Shown here: in pieces, positions 56,939 through 64,000 of the stretch
Numbering within the stretch: the first letter of the stretch is position 1
Layout: the number at the start of each line of letters is the position of its first letter
Source: Amoebidium appalachense
Lineage: Eukaryota > Protista > Ichthyosporea
Length of the DNA: 64,000 bases
Direction: 5' to 3'
Assembly (NCBI GenBank): GCA_963693365.1
Contig: CAVNZM010000003.1
Span: forward strand, 14,548,422 to 14,612,421
The notes under the pieces: model-generated
What the model was told of the DNA's origin: nothing
What the model saw: the letters and a program-made list of their open reading frames with translations, nothing else
The model's database searches: none
Program-made: the position numbers and the translations under genes

Positions 56939-59900
56939 TCAGCGATGGAGGGTAAATTAAGCAACACCAATTTAGTAATACAAATAAGATTATTTAGTAA
57001 TAAAGGAGCACAATTATTTTCATCAACCATTCTAGAGGTAATCGTAGGATTAATGCTTTCAGATGGATATTTGCAAAAGCCCACTTCGGAGACTAGTAAC
57101 AGTCGTTTAGAATTTACATTTAAAGAGGCGAGTTTAGAATATGTAACAAGATTAAAATTTGAAGTATTAGGTAGTATATGTACAAGAAATCCGCCTACTC
57201 CGTGGCCTAAGACTAACCCTTCTCAATTCTGATTTGGGTCGAGATGTTATCCTTTCTTGAAAGATTTACGTAAAATATGATATAAATGGGACGAGACTAT
57301 AAAAAAAGATGTAAAAATTATTCCCTTTGATTTTGTGGAGAAGTATTTTACAGCAAGAATGTTAGCATTTTGAATTATGGGTGATGGATATTGATGTAAT
57401 GATCAAAATACAGTTCACTTAAGTACAGAAGATTTTTCTTATAAAGAGGTAGAAACTCTTATTAAATTATTAGATGAAAAATTAGGACTTAAAGCTACTA
57501 TGAAGAAAAGAAAAGGAAAAGATAGAATTAGATTTAGTGGTAAAGCCGCTAACTTAAATAAACTACGTGAATTAGTATTTCCTTATATGCACTCCTCCTT
57601 TATGTATAGATTAGGTTTATAGATTGGGCCCTCCTTAAACTTCACTATATGCTAGAAACTACCGCAGCACCAGAGTGCAAAAAGTTCTCTACTCTCATGA
57701 AAGCAGAAGAAATAATGTCTTTCAAACTTATGTATTTTGACTAATGGGAGTAACTGGCTCTTTAATATTTAAAGTGCCGATGAACATGAGGTACAATTAG
57801 CAGGAAACCAATCGTTACAAAGGTAACTTAGTAGGATCCTCAGAGACTATACGTGAAGCTCGAATAGATAAACTATGCTATTCTAGAAAAAATAGTCCAA
57901 CACACATAGAATGGTATTTGATGCCAGTGTGCCAACTCCAGTGTCTGCATTAATTCATAGTGCAACTATGGTAACAGCAGGTATATTTTTATTAATTCGT
58001 AGTTCTCCAATTTTAGAATTAAGTTCAACAGCATTATTTTATATAACAATTATAGGAGCATTAACTGCACTATTTGCAGCCAGTGTTGCTATAGTACAAA
58101 ATGATCTTAAAAAAGTGATTGCCTACTCTACTTGTTCCCAATTGGGGTGAATCGTTAGAACAGTAGAATCAGATGTAATAGGTAGAAGACAGTATTCAAC
58201 TTCATAAAATGGTGGGATAGTAATAAGAGTAGAGATGTACTTCCAGACAAATCGGAATGTCCATGAGTGTTTAATCTAGAACAAACTAGTCAATATTAAT
58301 TAAAATATGAAGGTATTACAGTACTTTACGTCTAACGGAACAAAGTTGACGTGAAAAATGTACATAGGAATAACTGTATAACCGTGGAATCGATTTGGTA
58401 ATTATTTTTGGTTCAAAGTATATAGAAGAACAGTTGAGCTCGATGGCGATTTGTATGATTTTGAAAAGTATTATAACAATACTTTTGAGCTATATATACT
58501 ACAAATCTTGCTGAATACAGTTTCATAGTTAGAGTTAACTATAGCTACATGAGTTGAGCGTGGAAATCCGTAATACAATATTCAACCAATTATAGATCTT
58601 TTTGTTTAAGCGAATCATTACAGATTTGTAAAATCAGTTGCACAGGATATACGAGATAAAATTAGTAACACACTAAAGGGAAGAACTGTTAGTTAAAACC
58701 AAATCATGTAAAAGGAGCACATAAGACTAAAGTTTATTGCTATAATGAAATGAGAATATTTGATGGGATACGAATAATGCAGCGAGAATAAGGATTATCT
58801 GGAAGTATTTTAATTAGAAGCAAATTTGACAATCGTAAACTATTCCGAGCTCAGTGTGAAGAAAAATTGGTTCCTTTGTACATCTCTTTAATCTTAATTA
58901 CTATCACTACTAAATCATGTGCCCCTAATTAAATTCCACTGTATGCTGGAAACATCTAAAGCCTTAGGTACTCTTAGATAATGTAAGAGTAACAATCTTA
59001 AGGATTACAAATCGCAATGGTCAACCCGCCGGAAACCTCTGTTAATAAATATTAGCTAGTCGGATCCTCAGAGACTACACGTGGAACAGAACATATTACA
59101 TGTTTTGATGATATAGTCCAATCAATAGTGAGAACTATTGGGCCATTGACATGGCTTTTGCTTGTGGTCTTTCTAATTACTCAGTTAGTTTATTCCATCT
59201 TTTTAATCATGGTTTCTTTAAAGCTCTTCTTTTCTTAAGTGCAGGGTCTGTTCTTCACGCTTTAGCTGATGAGCAAGATCTTAGAAAAATGGGTGCACTT
59301 ATTTATTCTCTCCCCTTTACTTATTCAATGATGACTATCGGGTCTTTATCTTTAATGGGATTCCCATTCCTTACAGGATTCTATTCTAAAGATCTTATAT
59401 TAGAGTTAGCGTATGCTCATTTTTCTTTCCATGGTACATTTGCTCATTGATTAGGAACTTTAGCTGCTTCATTAACTGCTTTCTATTCTTTCCGTCTTAT
59501 TTATCTTGCCTTTATTAACACTCCAAACTCTTCTTACTCTCATTTCTCACATTCGCACGAGCCAGTGCTTCCAATGATGTTTCCTTTAGCGTTCTTGGCC
59601 TTCTGTTCTATTTTTGTTGGTTATTTCTTTAAAGATCTCTTTGTTGGATTAGGATCTCCTTTCTTCTCTTCTGCAATTTTTGCACTTCCTTCTCATCCAT
59701 CTCCATTAGATTCGGAATTTATCCCTTCATCAGTTAAACTCTTACCTCTTATATTCTCTATGTTAGGAGTAGCCATAGCAACATTCTTATATCCATTCTA
59801 TTCAAGTTCATCTTGAATTAATCCACTATTCTCTACTCCATTAGCCTTATCTATTCACTCTTTCTTATCTTCTTCATGACATATCGATTGATTATATAAT

Positions 59901-60182
59901 GAAACATTTGGAAAACCTTTCCTTCATTTTGGACATATTGTTTCGTATAAAGCAATTGATCGTGGTTTATTAGAGTCCTTAGGACCTAATGGTCTTTCTT
60001 CTTTATTTTATTCGTCTTCTAAAGTCTTATCATCTCTCCAATCAGGATATATTTATCATTATGCTTTTGTTATTTTCGCTGCTACTACTTTATTCTTTGC
60101 GCTTTCTTTATTTTCATCTCTTACACTTTCAGTTTCACTTCCAGTGCTCTTTTTAATTCCTCTCCTTTGTTTATTTATTTAG
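56939..60182 (+). CDS. nad5: NADH dehydrogenase subunit 5, 5'-truncated; exons 56939-56953, 57932-58148, 59149-60182 (TGA=Trp)
   Basis: Spliced product SAMEG|[17 protein letters not shown]...[17 protein letters not shown]|MAF...[14 protein letters not shown]...GFYSKD...IDRG..E.LGP.G...LQSG.IYHYA, stop TAG 60180-60182. Confidence 0.96.
56954..57622 (+). CDS. Double-motif LAGLIDADG homing endonuclease/maturase, in frame with the upstream nad5 exon
   Basis: 222 sense codons open with TGA=Trp; motifs IVGLMLSDG and LAFWIMGDG; typical ending [11 protein letters not shown]. Confidence 0.92.
56954..57931 (+). ncRNA. Group I intron (IB-like) at the AMEG|PTP site, the widely used nad5-717 position
   Basis: Exon ends in T, intron ends in G; core elements TATGCTAGAAA, TCAGAGACTA, AATAGTCC; CTTCAC / GTGAAG pairing. 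Confidence 0.9.
58149..59148 (+). ncRNA. Second group I intron (IB-like) in nad5, no intact ORF seen
   Basis: Splits a Tyr codon (T|AC); ends in G; core TATGCTGGAAA, TCAGAGACTACACG, GATATAGTCC. Confidence 0.9.
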
Positions 60183-63100
60183 TTAATCAATTTAAATTTT
60201 CCTCTCTTTGTTGAGAGGCGAGTCCTTACTAACGCTATTATTATTCTTAGTAAGAGATGGTACAGTATTACCATAGTACTATAGCTGTAACAAGTACTCT
60301 AAAAAAATAAGAGTACCAGTACTAAAGACTTCCTCTTGTAATATTTGTATAAATAAGAAACCATTCCTCTAGTGTGTATAAAGAAATAAAAGGATTGTAA
60401 GTACTTAGGAGAGCAGAAAGGGAAGTCTCACAAAGTGGTATCTCTACAAATGGACATCCCAAAAAATAACATCCCTTTTTCAATAATAGTAGAGTACCCT
60501 ACAAACCCTAGAATGAAAGTATAGAAATAGAAGAGTCTTGTAAACAAAGAAGTTTAACAAGACGAAGATAATATAAAGCAAAGATTTTACAAAGATCAAA
60601 AGGAGACAATTGGAATGACCGGGAGGAGACGATATTTAAACTATAGGATCTGACGGGCGCCAGGCAATAGCCTAAGCTAGTTTGGTACTGTGTACCTGCG
60701 GCATAACAACCAGAAAGACAGCATCCAAAATCTAATGGATTAAATCCCTTGACGCCCGCGTGAACCGCATGCAACGAAAGCCGCTCACACGGTTTCTAGG
60801 AGTTGATTTTGACGTGAATTGGACGAACTCCGGCTAATCCGAGCTAAGAGTCCTTATCGCAACCCAGGTCTGGTATCCCAAACACCGGGGTGAAGTAAGA
60901 GCAATCTTTCCGAAGAACAGAACTACATGCAGAAACAGCATAAACCAGAGCAGCAATCTCATGGAAGTAACAAGAGGAGAAAATGAACTCACCAAAACCC
61001 AAGAATGGGAGACAGAATAATCTCAGAAGTACATAAGTATAACACGACGAAGATAACAGAAGAGAGATCACCAAAGATGGCAAGTAAACAGAAGTGAGAG
61101 TGAATGGCAGAAAAGAAGATTAACCAGCTATCAAAGAACTCCGAAAAAGGGGGGGGAAATCCCTGCTAACGAAAGAGATACCGCAAAATAGCTATCAACA
61201 TAAGACTCAAACGAGACCGCCCAGTAAACCCTATTAAGGATAAGAAATTGTTGAACTCATAGCTTAAGAAGAGGTTAAAGAACGGTAATAAAGTAGCATG
61301 AAGCAGACGAAAGGATGAACCTCAAAATAGAGAAAAGCTTACGAGATAATAGGAACAGCAGAAGCAACAAGATGTACAACTAAGGCAGACTTCGGAACAT
61401 TAACCTAAAGTGTAAGCAATCTAACCCACCTTACCTATCACCACACTACATCAACGACAAATACCCATAAACACAGCGAACACTACACCCATTGAAAGCA
61501 CAAAATGGGAACGCTAGCGCACTAAGACCGAAATAAAACTTGCGCATCATTTGAACCAACACACTATGTCTACATCTCATTCAAAAAAATGGTCGGCGTG
61601 TAATCTCTGAAAATACTACCAACAAATGAATCATCTACCTCGGTTCTCTGTTAATTATACCTCACCCACAATAACATCGAACGACCTAACTTTACTCTCA
61701 ACATACTACGCCAACAATATATGAAATTTGAAATGAAGAAGGAAGACGGGATATTTAACAAAAAGTGAAATGTATGAAAACACAAGTTTGAATAACAGCA
61801 ACAGCAAATTCTAAACCCGATATAACAAAATCCCTAACGCAGGCAAAGATAATAACTCTCCAGTCGTTAACATCGTCCAAATGAATTCACTCGAAATAGC
61901 TAACAAAGACGGCCTGCTGAATATTGGCAGCAAGACGAACACCCAATAAGGTTGCTCTAGCTGAATAACTTACTAATCCAATCATTACCAACCAAGAAGA
62001 AATAGCCATTATAGCACGAAAACCCCAAGAAGCCAACACCATGAAAGACTAAATCCAGGTAAGACAAATCAGAACTAAATTCATAATAATAAAACCAACG
62101 CAACACTAACACGAGTAGCAGCATTTAACCTGAAATAAAATCAGCACATCATCGAATCAACACTTTACAGCCTATATTCCATCTCATCCGAAAAAGATAG
62201 TTTGCTTGCAGTCTCTGTGAACTCGCCCACCTTTATCAAGTAGAGGTAAACCCCGTATCACTCATTAACAAAGGAATACCTAAACCCTAACAGCTCCCAA
62301 CCACGTATAGGCAGAAAGAATATTGAGAAGGTATAGTTAAAGCAGATGAGGAAATATCCTCACAATGCCTTAAGAAGTGCCTAGTACAAACAGATTTACC
62401 AACACGATTGGGAAGTTTTCCTTAAAGACAAAGACGAACACCTTTAAACCCAAGCAACAACCAACCGAGCTACAGAGACAATGTGAATTTCTAAAAACCT
62501 CCATATACTGAAGGATCTGGTACCTACGGAAATCGACGGAACTTTCGCGGTGCTCCAACCTACAACAATTAACGCATGAAGTTGTACTACCGTGGTAACT
62601 CTGGACGTTCCAATGCTCTCTCATCAACTGAGTTTAACATCTCGAAAGCTAGACTTCCGCTGGTAAGATCCAACTAGTTTAGGAAAGATCCTGCGCACTT
62701 AGAAAAGATCCGGCACACCTGGAAGATAATCTCGCCACCAAACAAGACCCATGTTTCCGCCTCAACCAGCAAGCTAACCTACATTTTCTGTTTACAAGAT
62801 AATGCCCTACCACCAAGCTACACTAATCACACTTTTTCCAACAAGCTAGGATTGTAAAACCAATTTTATTTTTACAAGTTGGTAGCAGGACTTGGTACCT
62901 ACGGAAATCGACGGAATTTTCGCGGTGCTTCAACCTATAACCTCTTGTTCCAAACCCGAGTGGCCGACCAATTGAGCTACCCTCTGGTAACCTAATAAAT
63001 ATAATAAGGCCGGATCCAAACCTGCTACTTCATGACAGAGCGATCCTTTTCAAAAAAGCTTGCTTTCAGATCGCCTCTTCTTCGTCATTCCTTGACAGCG

Positions 63101-63316
63101 GGATAATATGATTACCCAGGCTGGATCCCTAAGGATATAGGCTGAGTCAATCAGTGGATACTAGGTATTTATTCTTGGTCTAAAGTTTGTCAATCGTTAG
63201 ATCATTAAATTTAAGTCAGCAAGCTTTCACTTCGTAGCATAACTACTATCTCTTTCATGACAAAAGAACATTGCGAGTGCCAACGAGTTGCAAATCCCAA
63301 TGAGTTGCGAGTCCTA

Positions 63317-63610
63317 GACGAGCTTGTCGTCGTATGATGACAAGAGCATAAGACTTTTCTCTTAGCAAGAAAGCTCAAACGAGACTCTTGTAATCACAAG
63401 ATTATCAATTCACCTTGTATGAGTAGAAGAACTTGCGAGTTGCGAGTACTAATACGAGCTTGTCGTCGTATGATGACAAGAGCATAAGACTTTTCTCTTA
63501 GCGAGACGGCTTTGAAAAACTTCTTGGTACTAGATGAGCTTGTAGTCATATGATGACAAGAGCATAAGACTCTTCTCTTAGCGAGAAGGCTCAAGAGAGA
63601 CTCTTGTAAT
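63317..63610. repeat. Three ~50-bp direct repeats, each with a hairpin
   Basis: GAGCTTGTCGTCGTATGATGACAAGAGCATAAGACTTTTCTCTTAGC near 63320, 63456 and 63536; stem CTTGTCGTC / GATGACAAG. Confidence 0.85.
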
Positions 63611-63628
63611 ATGAGGATTACCCATTCA

Positions 63629-63860
63629 CCTTGCGCACAGGTACACAGTACCAAGCAAGCTTAGTCAAATCGCCTTACACACATGTATACAGTACCAAGC
63701 TAGCTTAGATAAATTACTTTGTGCACAGGTACACAGTACCAAGCAAGCTTAGTCAATTCGCCTTGTGCACAGGTATACAGTACCCAACGAACTTAGTCAA
63801 ATAGCCTTGCGCACAGGTATACAGTACCAAGCTAGTTTAGGCAATTCACCTTGTACACAG
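63629..63860. repeat. 44-bp tandem array, 5 full units plus a partial one
   Basis: Units start at 63629, 63673, 63717, 63761, 63805 and 63849; consensus CCTTGYGCACAGGTAYACAGTACCAAGCWAGCTTAGTCAAWTCG. Confidence 0.92.
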
Positions 63861-64000
63861 AGATATCCTCCCAAGCTTGTGTAGGCAATTCCTCCCCCTT
63901 ATAAATATGTTAATAACAATTAAAGATTTATATTAATCCCAATTCTTGATCTGCTAAAACTCCGATTTTCAGATTAGTCACGTCTGTATACAGAAATTTT

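Larger units (their letters stand above)
56938..64000 (+). other. Mitochondrial-type DNA (NUMT or chimeric join); origin of 60200-64000 less certain
   Basis: Abrupt switch to AT-rich, microsatellite-free sequence; nad5 read with TGA=Trp; group I introns. Confidence 0.85.

Noticed and set aside
56255-57232. 325-aa ORF fusing nuclear sequence to LAGLIDADG as a chimeric gene
   Set aside because: It is Plavaka antisense plus (CA)n running by chance into mitochondrial DNA, and it stops at the first TGA(Trp).
60500-62700. Decayed RT or polymerase in the A-rich region after nad5
   Set aside because: Only scattered 3-4 residue resemblances among many stops; not supportable without a translated profile search.
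63317-63860. Terminal repeat arrays as CRISPR
   Set aside because: The 44-bp units are contiguous, and the hairpin repeats have irregular, partly repeated intervening sequence.

Overview
Eukaryotic nuclear DNA, made almost entirely of transposable elements and low-complexity sequence ((CA)n/(GT)n, long poly-G/C), ending in about 7 kb of mitochondrial-type DNA. Most ORFs in the supplied track are microsatellite or antisense artefacts. Supported content, left to right: an orphan spliced gene (-); a hAT-like MITE; a near-intact Ty1/copia element (10438-17063); a BTB/BACK pseudogene; three Ngaro-type tyrosine-recombinase (YR) retrotransposons with split direct repeats (one full-length, two sharing the same gag/RT deletions but keeping YR); a non-autonomous Ty3/gypsy element (24001-33564) carrying a tRNA-derived SINE; a decayed LINE split by a copia solo LTR and by a young chromovirus (34925-43162) whose gag, protease and pol lie in one frame separated by single stops; a spliced Plavaka-like transposase pseudogene with a TRIM-like element in an intron; and a nad5 segment (TGA=Trp) with two group I introns, an intact LAGLIDADG ORF and downstream repeat arrays. 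This combination suggests a unicellular opisthokont, possibly an ichthyosporean such as Amoebidium (inference only). Best leads: the gag-TAG-pro-TGA-pol arrangement, and the YR-only Ngaro subfamily that appears to retrotranspose in trans. Everything was read by eye; homopolymer lengths, and frameshifts inside them, may be sequencing errors.
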